Source: Thermodesulfobacteriota bacterium | Lineage (GTDB): Bacteria > Desulfobacterota > Binatia > Bin18 | Direction of reading: 5' to 3' | Assembly: GCA_964291405.2 (NCBI GenBank) | Contig: OZ219926.1 | Location: 1,408,001 to 1,472,000, forward strand | Length of the DNA: 64,000 nt | Part shown: positions 19,294 to 31,002 of the stretch, piece after piece | How the letters are laid out: each line of letters opens with the position of its first letter | Position numbering within the stretch: position 1 is the first letter of the stretch | Notes under the pieces: generated by a model | The model's database searches: none | What the model saw: the letters and a program-made list of their open reading frames with translations, nothing else | Told to the model about the DNA's origin: nothing | Made by a program: the position numbers and the translations under genes

Positions 19294-19992
19294 TCAGGCG
19301 TCGTACAGTTCGGCGTTACGTTGGGCCGCGGCTTTCAGTTCGTCGTCGCTGTAGTCGAAGCGTGGCTTGCCCGCAGGGACGCACAGGCCGCGCTGTACGG
19401 CCTCGCGGGCTTCGACGCGTGCGAGCCAGGCGGTCAGGTGGGTGAGGTCCGAGACATCGACGTTGGCCCACTGATACGCGCGCGCCCACGGGAAAGTGGC
19501 GATATCGACCATCGAATATTCGCCGCAGAGATACTCCTGGTCACGGAGCGCGTCATTCAAGACGCATAGCAGACGTTTCGATTCCGTGACGTAGCGCTCG
19601 ATCGCATATTCGTCGACAATGCCTTTGGGTGCCGCGATGCGCTGAAAAAACATGGCCTGCCCGAGCATCGGGCCGATCGCGCTCATCTGGAACATGAGCC
19701 ACTGCATGGCCTGGTGACGCAGCTGGGGATCGGTCGGCCAGAGCTTGCCGCTCCGCTCTGCAAGGTAGAGCAAGATCGCTCCCGATTCGGCCAGTACGAA
19801 GTCGTCATGGTCATGGTCAACGATGACGGGAATACGTCCATTCGGATTGAGTTTGAGAAACTCCGGGGTCTTCTGTTCATTTTTGTTGAAGTGGAGATAC
19901 TCCACGTCGTAATCGATGCCGAGTTCTTCAAGGGCAATAGAGGCTTTCCACCCGTTCGCGGTCGGGGCGGTATACAAGGTGATTTCGCTCAT
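19294..19992 (-). CDS. Glutathione S-transferase, YfcG/Ure2-like
   Basis: TAPTANGWK, LNPNGRIP, ESGAILLYLAE, QWLMFQM. Confidence 0.92.
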   Translation of the reverse strand: MSEITLYTAPTANGWKASIALEELGIDYDVEYLHFNKNEQKTPEFLKLNPNGRIPVIVDHDHDDFVLAESGAILLYLAERSGKLWPTDPQLRHQAMQWLMFQMSAIGPMLGQAMFFQRIAAPKGIVDEYAIERYVTESKRLLCVLNDALRDQEYLCGEYSMVDIATFPWARAYQWANVDVSDLTHLTAWLARVEAREAVQRGLCVPAGKPRFDYSDDELKAAAQRNAELYDA

Positions 19993-20198
19993 AGGTCTGG
20001 TCCTCAAGATGTATAGAGAGTCGCGGAGCAAGTGGATGTATTTGCTCCGGTGAGCATGGTTCCAAAAAATGCCGAGAGAAACAACCGGCTGAGCAGTCAC
20101 GGCAATTTCATGATTGCCATTCGTTCATGACGGCCCTACAGTTCGGATGAGCAGAATTTCAGCTTTGAACGGATACTATTGGCCGCAAAGGAGATGCT

Positions 20199-20606
20199 AT
20201 GCAGGCACGTACGCCCGAAGAAATCGATCATCTGTTTGTGAAGGCCATGAATGAGGGTGATGTTGAGGCCATGCTGACCCTCTACGAGCCGGACCAAGTC
20301 TTTGTCTCCCAGCCGGGACAACCCGTGGTGCGTGGAGTCGGGGAGTCTTTGCGTGAGAAGCTCCGCGATTTTACGAGTCTGAGGCCCCGACTCAAGATTG
20401 AGATGAAGCATGTGGTGGAAGCTGGCGACATCGCGTTGTACTGCTGCCAGTGGACCATGCAGGTCACAGGACCTGATGGTCAGGAGCAGACTCTGTCCGG
20501 CCGAGATGCGAATGTGGCCCGCCGTCAGCCCGATGGGACGTGGCGCATCCTCATCGATAATCCTTTTCACGAGGAGTATATGCTCAAGGAGAGCACTGCC
20601 TCATAA
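20199..20606 (+). CDS. NTF2/SnoaL-like (DUF4440/YybH) protein
   Basis: AMNEGDVEAMLTLYE...VARRQPDGTWRILIDNP. Confidence 0.85.
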   Translation: MQARTPEEIDHLFVKAMNEGDVEAMLTLYEPDQVFVSQPGQPVVRGVGESLREKLRDFTSLRPRLKIEMKHVVEAGDIALYCCQWTMQVTGPDGQEQTLSGRDANVARRQPDGTWRILIDNPFHEEYMLKESTAS

Positions 20607-20719
20607 GTATCAGAGAGCCGGCGGTCTCTCGTGACGTATGGTCAACTTATGACTCTCGCTTGACGTGCGGAAATTTCCGTGTTCGGGTAAGAAAATCATT
20701 TAATGTAGGAGGGCATGTA

Positions 20720-21055
20720 ATGGCAGATGTCGGGTCCGAAAAGGTCTTCGAGAACGACAAGGTGATCGTTTGGAACTTCGAGCTCGCTCCGGGCGAGGAA
20801 ACGCCCGTGCACACGCACGAGCACAGCTATATGTGGTACGCGATCTCGGGCGCGCCCCTACAGGTGACCGACGAGAACGAGGAGGACTTGGGCACAATGG
20901 AGGTGCCGACGGGCGCAATCTTTTCGCTGAAAGTGGAGGATGGCGAAATCGAGGTTGTATCCGGGCCGGGCAAGGGGATGCGCGTCCCGGCACGTCATAA
21001 GGCACGCAACGCCGGAACCACGCCGTATCGAGAAGTCCTGGTCGAGTTTAAATAA
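20720..21055 (+). CDS. Small cupin protein
   Basis: FENDKVIVW..ELAPGE...HTH...H.ARN.G...EVLVEFK; RBS GGAGG. Confidence 0.85.
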   Translation: MADVGSEKVFENDKVIVWNFELAPGEETPVHTHEHSYMWYAISGAPLQVTDENEEDLGTMEVPTGAIFSLKVEDGEIEVVSGPGKGMRVPARHKARNAGTTPYREVLVEFK

Positions 21056-21199
21056 ATCCCGGCGCTGCTCCGTCCGTTAAGATAGAGAAACTCCCGTCCC
21101 GATCGTCCTGCTTCGACCGGCCCGGTACGAACGGGTTTGGACTGTCCCGCCCTGACCTTCTTCGTTCGCCCCGAGCGCAGGGAAACCCCGTACAGAGCC

Positions 21200-22420
21200 C
21201 TACCGTTCTTGGGCCTGACGAGCCAGCCGCGCGTACCCGTCACGGGTCTGCGGCAAGCGGCGGTCTAAAATCCGCGATGCGATGACCGTGCGCAGGATCT
21301 GGGCCGTACCGCCCCCAATCGTGAACATGCGAGCGTCACGCACCATGCGTTCAGCCGGTGTATTGCGCGAATAGCCTTTGGCTCCAAACACCTGTAAGGC
21401 GTCATTTGTGACCTTAATGGCCATTTCCGAGGCAAACAACTTTGCTTGCGCGGCCGCATTCGGGTCCGGGAACGGGCTGTCGTGGGAGCCGCGCGAACGG
21501 GCCGCGCTGTGGATCATGAGCCGCGCCGCTTCGATCTGCGTCGACATATCGGCCAGCATCCACTGCAAGCCCTGAAACTCGGCAATCGGCCGACCAAACT
21601 GTTCCCGATCCAAAGCGTATTGTTTTGCTCCTTCATAGGCTCCGGTTGCCAGCCCCAAAGCAACCGTGCCCGCGCCAACCCGTTGGGTGTTGTAAGCGTT
21701 CATTAATTCGGCAAAGCCGCGCCTGAAGCCGCCCGGCGGTGTTAACACGCGGTCGGCGGGCAGTTCGAGATCTTCGAAATATACTTCGGCCTCAGGAATA
21801 CCCCGCAAGCCCATCGTGGGCTCCCGTTGACCGATGCGCAACCCACGATCCTGGTCGCGAACGGCAATAAATCCACCGATGCCCTGCTCTGTCCCCTGTC
21901 CGTCAAACACGCGGGCGAAGATCAGATGGAGTTGCGAAACACCGCCCCCGGTAATCCAGTGCTTCATGCCGTTCAGCACATACGTATCGCCGTGTTTATC
22001 GGCTCGCGTGGTCATCTCCGAGGCGGCGCTGCCGGCCTGAGGCTCGGTAATACAGATGGCGGGCTTATCCCCGGCCAGGACAAGAGCGGCGGCGAGATCT
22101 TTTTGTGCCGGCGTGCCGTAGTGCATGATGGCGGAAAGCGCCCCCATATTCGCTTCGACCGCAATGCGTCCGGTCACCCCGCACACTTTTGCCATCTCTT
22201 CGATGACGAGCACCACATCGAGATAGCTCAGTCCTGTCCCACCGAACTCCGGCGGGACGGTCATGCCAAAGAATCCAGCTTCATGCAACGCACGGACATT
22301 CTCCCAGGGGTATTGTTCGCTGCGATCGACCTCCGCAGCACGCGGTGCGATCACGTCCTGGGCCAATTCGCGCGCCCGTGCCCGTAACGCAAGCTGCGAC
22401 TCAGTCAGCGTGTAATGCAT
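21200..22420 (-). CDS. acdA: 3-sulfinopropanoyl-CoA desulfinase (acyl-CoA dehydrogenase fold)
   Basis: Strong match to recalled Advenella Acd: EQYPW, GRI, LVLAGDKPAICI.EP.AGSAASEMTTRADK, WITGGGVS.LHLIFARVFD, YN.QRVGAG, RDARMFTI..GTAQILRT, LPQTRDGY. Confidence 0.85.
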   Translation of the reverse strand: MHYTLTESQLALRARARELAQDVIAPRAAEVDRSEQYPWENVRALHEAGFFGMTVPPEFGGTGLSYLDVVLVIEEMAKVCGVTGRIAVEANMGALSAIMHYGTPAQKDLAAALVLAGDKPAICITEPQAGSAASEMTTRADKHGDTYVLNGMKHWITGGGVSQLHLIFARVFDGQGTEQGIGGFIAVRDQDRGLRIGQREPTMGLRGIPEAEVYFEDLELPADRVLTPPGGFRRGFAELMNAYNTQRVGAGTVALGLATGAYEGAKQYALDREQFGRPIAEFQGLQWMLADMSTQIEAARLMIHSAARSRGSHDSPFPDPNAAAQAKLFASEMAIKVTNDALQVFGAKGYSRNTPAERMVRDARMFTIGGGTAQILRTVIASRILDRRLPQTRDGYARLARQAQER

Positions 22421-22434
22421 TGCCGAAATCCTCC

Positions 22435-23814
22435 CTACAAGTGCAAGTGGGCAGCTCTTTGCCGCGCGTGTTCCGCACGCGAGTCGTCACCGCACGCCTG
22501 TAACACGGTTGCGTACTTTTGCCAGCTCCCAAGACTGCTCGGTCTCAACAACGCCCGCTGCGCCAGCAGCGCCCGTGCCTGCTCGTAGCGTTCGGCGCGG
22601 ATGGCGGCCTCGATGAGAATCTGTGTAAAAATATCGCGCTGCGCATGAGACCCTCCGATCCCAAACCAACGGTCGCGCAGCGGCCACAAGACATCGACCG
22701 CCCGCGCATACTCCCCGTTTTCAAACGCCAGTACTCCTTCACACATCGGCACCACCACATCCGCCATCAGCGAAGCAGCATAATTGTCTGGGGTAGGTGC
22801 AAACGATTCGAGTGCATTGATATACGTCCGCGCGGTCTCCTGGTCGTCCGCGGATGCCAGCGCCATCAAACTATGCAGATCGGTAAAAGCCAGCACATGA
22901 TCATCGACCCGCTTCCGCGCGTACTCCGCCAAGGGCTCCCAGCGATCACCCACATCAACCCCCAGCAATTCCAGGCGCTTGAGCAGCGAAGCGCCGTTTT
23001 GGACATCCAGGAAGAATTCCGTGTTCGCGGTCAGTATCCGATTGTCATAGACGTCCAGGGTAAAATCATAGTCCCCCCGCTCAAGCGCGAATAAGGCCAG
23101 GTGCCACCAATTATGGCCTTGAAACGGGTTTCGATCCGCCCATTGCTCGACCGGCCGATCGATCAGCGCAATCCCTTCGTCCAGACGGCCCTGCATCTCC
23201 ATTACGTGGGCGACCGAGTGGATCGCCCACAGGTCATCCGGGTTCAGGTCAATGGACCGGCGACCAAAGGTTTCGGCTTGCGCATAATCGCCGCATTCTT
23301 CAAGCGCGAAGGCCAACATGCCGAGGACGAAGCTGTAACCGGGGATCGACTCGTCCCACAGGTCGAACACGCCGGCGACGGTATTGCGAATGACATAACT
23401 CCGACCGGTCCAGAAAGTCGAATGGTGGTGCATTTTGAGCGCCAGCAGGTCGTGAGGATAGTCGGCCAATATGGCCTCCCAGGCCGCACAGGCCCGTTCG
23501 AGATTGCCGGTGGCCAACCCTTCCAGGGCGTCACAGTGCAGACGTTCGCGGCGGGCGTCGTCCGCAAGATGTTCGCGGGCGTGTGACGCGCTGGCCAGCA
23601 TTTTCGGGCGGACCGCGACCGTCTCAAGCATGGACATAATATAGCCCCGGACCACGTGGGCCATTGGAAAATCCGGGTCGAGTTCGAGGACGCGCTTCAG
23701 ATTTTTCGGCGCGACGAGACGATAATTCCAGAGGTCCGTGAGCACCTTGTCGTACTCGGTCAGAGCCTCGGCATTCGTCACCGTGATATCAAGACCGCGA
23801 ACGTCGGTTGGCAT
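22435..23814 (-). CDS. TPR protein, TTC38-like
   Basis: GMLAFALEECG, D.WAIHSVAHVMEMQG, HNWWHLALF, IGGSHAQRDIF. Confidence 0.85.
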   Translation of the reverse strand: MPTDVRGLDITVTNAEALTEYDKVLTDLWNYRLVAPKNLKRVLELDPDFPMAHVVRGYIMSMLETVAVRPKMLASASHAREHLADDARRERLHCDALEGLATGNLERACAAWEAILADYPHDLLALKMHHHSTFWTGRSYVIRNTVAGVFDLWDESIPGYSFVLGMLAFALEECGDYAQAETFGRRSIDLNPDDLWAIHSVAHVMEMQGRLDEGIALIDRPVEQWADRNPFQGHNWWHLALFALERGDYDFTLDVYDNRILTANTEFFLDVQNGASLLKRLELLGVDVGDRWEPLAEYARKRVDDHVLAFTDLHSLMALASADDQETARTYINALESFAPTPDNYAASLMADVVVPMCEGVLAFENGEYARAVDVLWPLRDRWFGIGGSHAQRDIFTQILIEAAIRAERYEQARALLAQRALLRPSSLGSWQKYATVLQACGDDSRAEHARQRAAHLHL

Positions 23815-24087
23815 GAGATTTCTCCTTTGTGTTACGACAGCCACATTGCTGGGTCCAATTCAAATAGACCGGGCAGCAAAAACGGGGAATGACCGGTATT
23901 CCCCCCGCCACATTACCCGTACTCTCAGTGGACAACAATCCGGCAGACACCGAATGGGTCTATTGATTTGATGAGGGTAAAGTCGGATGAACAAAGCTCA
24001 ACACCGCCAAGACTTCTTTGTCTCCAAAGGATATATCATCTGCTTAATGTGTGAACGAAGAGCCGAAGTGCATAAGGGAGGATCGGT

Positions 24088-24933
24088 ATGAGTGTCCTGG
24101 ATGGACCGCGGACAGAATGGCGTCGGATTTTGCACGAAGGCCAGCCCAAATGGGTCAAACCGGACGGCGACGGGCTGCTGCTGGGCGATGGCCGGGCGAT
24201 TCATGAGGCCGAGGCCGCCTATCTGCCGCCGTGCGAACCAAGCAAGATCCTGTGTATTCACCTGAATTATGAATCGCGCCGGGCCGAGTTCCGCGTCCCA
24301 CCGATTGAAACGCCCACGTATTTCCAGAAGCCGACAACGGCGCTGAACAGCCACCGGGGCTCCCTCGTGCGTCCGCACGACACGAAGTATCTCAACTACG
24401 AAGGGGAGGTGGCGGTGATTATTGGGAAACCGATGCGCAACGTGGGCCGCGCTGAGGTGTGGGAGTATATCGCGGGCTTTGCGCCCGGTAATGACGTGGG
24501 GAGCCAGGACTTTCGCGATACGGATGCGGGCTCGATGCTGCGCGTCAAAGGGATGGACGGCTTTTGCCCGATTGGCCCAGGCGTCGTGAGTGGGGTGGAC
24601 ATTCGCCAGGCCACGCTCCGGACCTACCTCAATGACACGGTCGTACAGGAAGGCGCTCTGAGTGAGATGATCTTTCCGATCGACTATATCCTGGCCGATC
24701 TGTGTCGCTATATCACGCTCCTGCCTGGAGATGTGATTATGTCGGGCACACCCAGAAACTCACGCCCAATGAATGTTGGGGATCTCGTCGAGGTTGAGGT
24801 TTCCGGTTTGGGGCGACTCTCGAATCGGGTCGTCGAAGCGCCAGCACCCCCATATCAGGTTGGGCATCAACCGACCGACACCGATGCCGTCCGCCGCGTC
24901 GCCTTAGGGTCGGATTGGCGGCGTGAGAAATGA
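24088..24933 (+). CDS. Fumarylacetoacetate hydrolase family protein
   Basis: PSKILC, YEGEVAVIIG, NDV, KGMDGFCPIGP, LLPGDVIMSGTP. Confidence 0.92.
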   Translation: MSVLDGPRTEWRRILHEGQPKWVKPDGDGLLLGDGRAIHEAEAAYLPPCEPSKILCIHLNYESRRAEFRVPPIETPTYFQKPTTALNSHRGSLVRPHDTKYLNYEGEVAVIIGKPMRNVGRAEVWEYIAGFAPGNDVGSQDFRDTDAGSMLRVKGMDGFCPIGPGVVSGVDIRQATLRTYLNDTVVQEGALSEMIFPIDYILADLCRYITLLPGDVIMSGTPRNSRPMNVGDLVEVEVSGLGRLSNRVVEAPAPPYQVGHQPTDTDAVRRVALGSDWRREK

Positions 24934-25051
24934 TGAAAGCGAGATCGGGCTGATGAAGCTCGACCCCATCAAGACTTCTTTGTTTCCAAAGGATATGTTA
25001 CCTCGTAGCGTTTGAATGAAGAGCTGAGATTGAAGAAGGAGGACTGCGAGA

Positions 25052-26881
<1,830 letters not shown>

Positions 26882-26893
26882 ACGAGGAATACG

Positions 26894-27646
26894 ATGCAAC
26901 CTATCCTCTTGTATGGCGTGCCGTTTTCGCAGCCGGTGCGCGCGGTCATGTGGCTGATGCTGTATAAGCGGACGCCGTTTGAAATGGTCCTGATCAACCC
27001 TGGCTCAAAAGGGGAAACCGGGAGCCGCAACCCGGCCTATCTGGCCAAAAATCCCGGCGGGACGATTCCCACGATCGAAGAGCCGGACACTGGCTTTGTG
27101 CTCAGCGAGGCGCACGCCATCATGTGTTATTTGAGCAATACGCACGGCTGGGAAGACGTGTATCCGACGGATTATCGGCTACGCGCCAAGGTAGACTGGT
27201 ATTTGCATTACCACCACCGCAATGTCCGCGACGCCTCCGTCGGACTGGTCGCACCGAAGATCCGCAAGGATCTGAATATCCCGGACGTCATTCAACAAGC
27301 CGCACACGCGACCCTGACGAAGGCACTCCACGCCTTGGAGTCGAGTTGGCTGGCGGAATCCCGCTATTTGATGGGCGAACAACTCACGCTGGCCGACTTT
27401 GCCGCATACGTGGAGATCGGACAGTTGCAGCCGGGTTTTACCAACGTCTACGATTTCGCGCCCTTCCCCAACGTGCGACGTTGGTTAGACGAGATGAAAC
27501 GCGTTGACGGGCACGACGACGTGCACGTCGTGCTGGCGGAACTCGGCGATATCAGTGGCGAGCCACCGACCATGGAGGCGATCAGGAACGCGAACAAAAA
27601 CGCGCTCAGGGTCTTGAAGGCAAAACTGAGAGAATTGACACCATGA
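26894..27646 (+). CDS. Glutathione S-transferase (theta-like)
   Basis: FSQPVRAV, NPGGTIP, SEAHAIMCYL, LTLADF. Confidence 0.88.
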   Translation: MQPILLYGVPFSQPVRAVMWLMLYKRTPFEMVLINPGSKGETGSRNPAYLAKNPGGTIPTIEEPDTGFVLSEAHAIMCYLSNTHGWEDVYPTDYRLRAKVDWYLHYHHRNVRDASVGLVAPKIRKDLNIPDVIQQAAHATLTKALHALESSWLAESRYLMGEQLTLADFAAYVEIGQLQPGFTNVYDFAPFPNVRRWLDEMKRVDGHDDVHVVLAELGDISGEPPTMEAIRNANKNALRVLKAKLRELTP

Positions 27647-28785
27647 TGGAACCCCAGGGATACTGTGCGGACGCGTTCGCAGCCGTTCACGAGGCATTTC
27701 AGGAGAACTTTGCGACGGGCGAGGAGCTGGGCGCCAGCGCGTGTGTCGTCCACGACGGAGAAGTGGTCGTTGATCTGTGGGGGGGCTCCTCAGGGCCGAG
27801 TGGCGAGTCCTGGCAGCAGGACACCATCGTCAACGTATACTCCACCACCAAAACCATGGCCGCGGTCTGCATGTTGATGCTCGCCGACCGCGGTCTGATC
27901 GATTTCGACGCTCCGGTTGCGCGCTACTGGCCGGAGTTCGCTCAGAACGGCAAGGAGAGTGTCCTGGTTCGCCATGTGATGAGCCACTCGGCAGGGTTAT
28001 CGGGTTTCGACTCACGCGTCGAGATCGAGGAACTCTACAACTGGGATGATATCTGCGGCAGGTTGGCCCGCCAGGCACCCTGGTGGGAGCCCGGGACTGC
28101 CTCGGGATACCACGCCATTACGCAAGGCTATCTGCAGGGAGAAATCCTGCGCCGGGTCGACGGCCGCAGTCTGGGCACGTTCTTTCGCGAGGAGGTCGCG
28201 ACCCCGCTTAACGTCGATTTTCACATTGGGCTGGACACCCAACACGATGGACGCGTGGGTGAGATGGTTCCTCCTTCGGCGACCATGGACCAGATGCCGG
28301 GCGATCCGGATTCGATTGCCACGCGGACCTTTCGGTCTGCCGCGTTGACGGGCCGCGAGCCACAGACGCGCGCGTGGCGTGCGGCGGAGATTCCGGCCGC
28401 AGGAGGGATTGGCAATGCACGGGCCGTCGCCCGCGTGCATGGGGCACTGGCTGCGGGCGGCGCGCTTGACGGCGTCCGGCTGATGGCCCCTGAAACGGTA
28501 GCAGTGGCACAACAACGGCAGACTAATGGTAAGGATCTCGTGCTCGACGTGTGGATGCTGTTCGGCATGGGCTTTGGCTTGATGAACCCGCGGATTCCGT
28601 TTACGCCGAGCCCCGGCGCCTTCTACTGGGGCGGCTGGGGCGGGTCCATTGCCGTGGTTGACCCCGATACCCGCACTTCGATCGCCTATGTGATGAACAA
28701 AATGGGCGAAAGCACGCTGGGAGATCAGCGCTCGGCGAGGATTATCGCGGCGACCTATGCCTCACTGAAACAGGAAGGCCGGTGA
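27643..28785 (+). CDS. Beta-lactamase-family serine hydrolase (family VIII esterase)
   Basis: STTK (SxxK), HSAGL, WEPGTASGYH, WGGWGGS. Confidence 0.92.
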   Translation: MMEPQGYCADAFAAVHEAFQENFATGEELGASACVVHDGEVVVDLWGGSSGPSGESWQQDTIVNVYSTTKTMAAVCMLMLADRGLIDFDAPVARYWPEFAQNGKESVLVRHVMSHSAGLSGFDSRVEIEELYNWDDICGRLARQAPWWEPGTASGYHAITQGYLQGEILRRVDGRSLGTFFREEVATPLNVDFHIGLDTQHDGRVGEMVPPSATMDQMPGDPDSIATRTFRSAALTGREPQTRAWRAAEIPAAGGIGNARAVARVHGALAAGGALDGVRLMAPETVAVAQQRQTNGKDLVLDVWMLFGMGFGLMNPRIPFTPSPGAFYWGGWGGSIAVVDPDTRTSIAYVMNKMGESTLGDQRSARIIAATYASLKQEGR

Positions 28786-29690
28786 TGACCCAAGCAGTAG
28801 GGCCTAATCCGAACTACCGCTACGAGCCCAAGCCCGTTGATGAAATCGTTGTCAGGGCGTTCAACTTCGACTTTCCCGACGATCTCGACCCCAAGTGGGC
28901 AAAGAACTCGGTGGTCAGATCGCATATGTTCAACGGCCTTTCGTTGACCATGCCGTATCTTGAACCCTATTTGATCAAGTCGATCCGGCAAGCGCTGCCG
29001 CTTATTCGGGAGGAACGTCTTCGAGAAGACATCAAAGGGTTCTGCGGCCAGGAGTCCCGCCACTACGCGTGTCACCGGCGGCTCAACGAACTCATCAAGA
29101 AAAACGGCTATCCCGAGCTGACCGAAATCGAGCAGCGTATGGAGCGGTCTTACGCCCGTCTGCAAACGCGCAGTCTGGAGACCCAGCTCGCCTACAACGC
29201 CGGGTTCGAGACAATGACGGCGGGCTTTACCCGCTGGATGACCACAAAACGCTGGGCGCTGTGGGGCGGCAATTGCCCGTGGGTTTCCTCGTTCTGGGTG
29301 ATGCATATGGTAGAGGAAACGGAGCACAAAACCGTTGCCTATGATACCTATATGGCCTGTTCGGGCCGCTCTCTGAAGCGGGCAATCGGCGTTCTGCACG
29401 GCAGTTTTCATGTGCTCGGCTACGGCCTCATCGCCATGCGGGAAGCGCTACGCAAGGACGGTCTGTGGGGCCAGCCCGGTACGATGCTCGAACTCGCGAG
29501 AGAGATGGGCACCCTCCTCTGGAACGTTGGTCCCTCTCTGTTACGCGCTATGCGCCCAGGGCACAACCCGCGTTACGACGAAGACCCGCAGTGGCAAAAG
29601 GACTGGGTCGCGGCACACAAACACTTAGCGCCTGACGCACCCATTCCCTTGCTTGATACCTCCGACCCGGACGTTCCGGTGCCGTTCTGA
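28782..29690 (+). CDS. Predicted metal-dependent hydrolase / ferritin-like EXXH protein
   Basis: MPYLE, GQESRH, AGFE, HMVEETEHKTVAYD motifs. Confidence 0.82.
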   Translation: MMTQAVGPNPNYRYEPKPVDEIVVRAFNFDFPDDLDPKWAKNSVVRSHMFNGLSLTMPYLEPYLIKSIRQALPLIREERLREDIKGFCGQESRHYACHRRLNELIKKNGYPELTEIEQRMERSYARLQTRSLETQLAYNAGFETMTAGFTRWMTTKRWALWGGNCPWVSSFWVMHMVEETEHKTVAYDTYMACSGRSLKRAIGVLHGSFHVLGYGLIAMREALRKDGLWGQPGTMLELAREMGTLLWNVGPSLLRAMRPGHNPRYDEDPQWQKDWVAAHKHLAPDAPIPLLDTSDPDVPVPF

Positions 29691-29796
29691 GCAGAACCAA
29701 TCAATAAAAGTCGGAACCGTCGAGTGACCGCCAGGGGCAAGCCGCCGCGCGCCAAGGTTCCCCGGAAGGAACGCCCGACGCGCGGCATATTCTTGT

Positions 29797-30786
29797 TTAA
29801 CCCAGATGGGGGAGGACGTCGGCGGCAAAGCGCTGCATAGACCCCCGCGACACAGCGCGATCCATGCCGGGGAAATGGAAGAACAGCACGAGTTCATCTA
29901 TGCCCGACTCAGCTTCAAACGCTTTGATCTCATCGAGCACCTTTTGTGGTGGGCCGGTGAAGAAATTACTCAGGTCACGGAATCCATCAGACGTATTCGT
30001 GCGGTCTTCTGGTTTGTCATTGGCTTCATGCATCCACTTGGCGTAATAATCGACCTGGTAGTTGACGTGCGGCCAGACTTTATCTAACTCGCTGTCGTCT
30101 TTTTCGGTCACATAGCACGAACGCAGGATGCGGACCTGGCCGGGCTCGCGGCCGAGGTCGGTACAGGCCGTCCGGTAAATATCAATGTCTTCGGTGTTGC
30201 CAATGGGCAGAAAATGACAGCCCATGCGTGCCACGCGCTGAATGCCTTTTTCGCTCCGCGCCCCAACCATCAGGGGTGGCCCTCCAGGCTGGGCTGGGGA
30301 TGGCGTGACCATAATGTCGGTGTAGTTCCAAAACTTCCCAACATGAGAAAATGTTTCCCCAGACCACGACTTGCGGAGGATGTCGACACCTTCGGTCAGC
30401 GCTGAGCCTCGTCGCTTGTGATCCTTTTCAAAGCCTGTAAACTCGCCTACGCGATAGCCCTGGCCCAGGCCAAGAATGAGCCGGCCTCGCGAAATGAGAT
30501 CGACGACCGCTGCGTCTTCGGCGACACGAACGGGGTCGTGCAGGGGGAGGAGTAAGACGAAGGTGCCGAGACCGATGCGCTGTGTTCTGGCAGCCACCGC
30601 TGAGAGGACGGCGAGCTGGGAGGGGAGATAGCCATCCTCAAGAAAATGGTGCTCCGTCGTCCACGCGGTATCAAAGCCGAGCTCTTCAACGGCAACCATA
30701 TCGTCGATGGTATCGTTATACAGGTCGGCGTAGGGTTGCGCCCATTGGGGCGGATTCCGAAAGTCAAATAAACAGCCTGTCTTCAT
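29797..30786 (-). CDS. LLM-class flavin-dependent oxidoreductase
   Basis: WTTEHH, PVRVAEDAAVVDLISRGRLILGLGQGYR. Confidence 0.9.
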   Translation of the reverse strand: MKTGCLFDFRNPPQWAQPYADLYNDTIDDMVAVEELGFDTAWTTEHHFLEDGYLPSQLAVLSAVAARTQRIGLGTFVLLLPLHDPVRVAEDAAVVDLISRGRLILGLGQGYRVGEFTGFEKDHKRRGSALTEGVDILRKSWSGETFSHVGKFWNYTDIMVTPSPAQPGGPPLMVGARSEKGIQRVARMGCHFLPIGNTEDIDIYRTACTDLGREPGQVRILRSCYVTEKDDSELDKVWPHVNYQVDYYAKWMHEANDKPEDRTNTSDGFRDLSNFFTGPPQKVLDEIKAFEAESGIDELVLFFHFPGMDRAVSRGSMQRFAADVLPHLG

Positions 30787-31002
30787 TACCTTGCTCCTTT
30801 CGTCAGGGCGAAAATGTTTGGTCTTGCTTGAATAGACGAGGTCTCGTGTCCACGACGGGCCGGTGGGCCTACATGTGAGCGGGAGTCGTCAGAATAAGAC
30901 GGGAATCCTCCAGCCCATCATTCCGATAATGGACAATGGCCCGATGGTCGGGGTTCTGCACCAGTTTCCCTTTCTTCCAGCGACCTCACACGATGCACGG
31001 CC

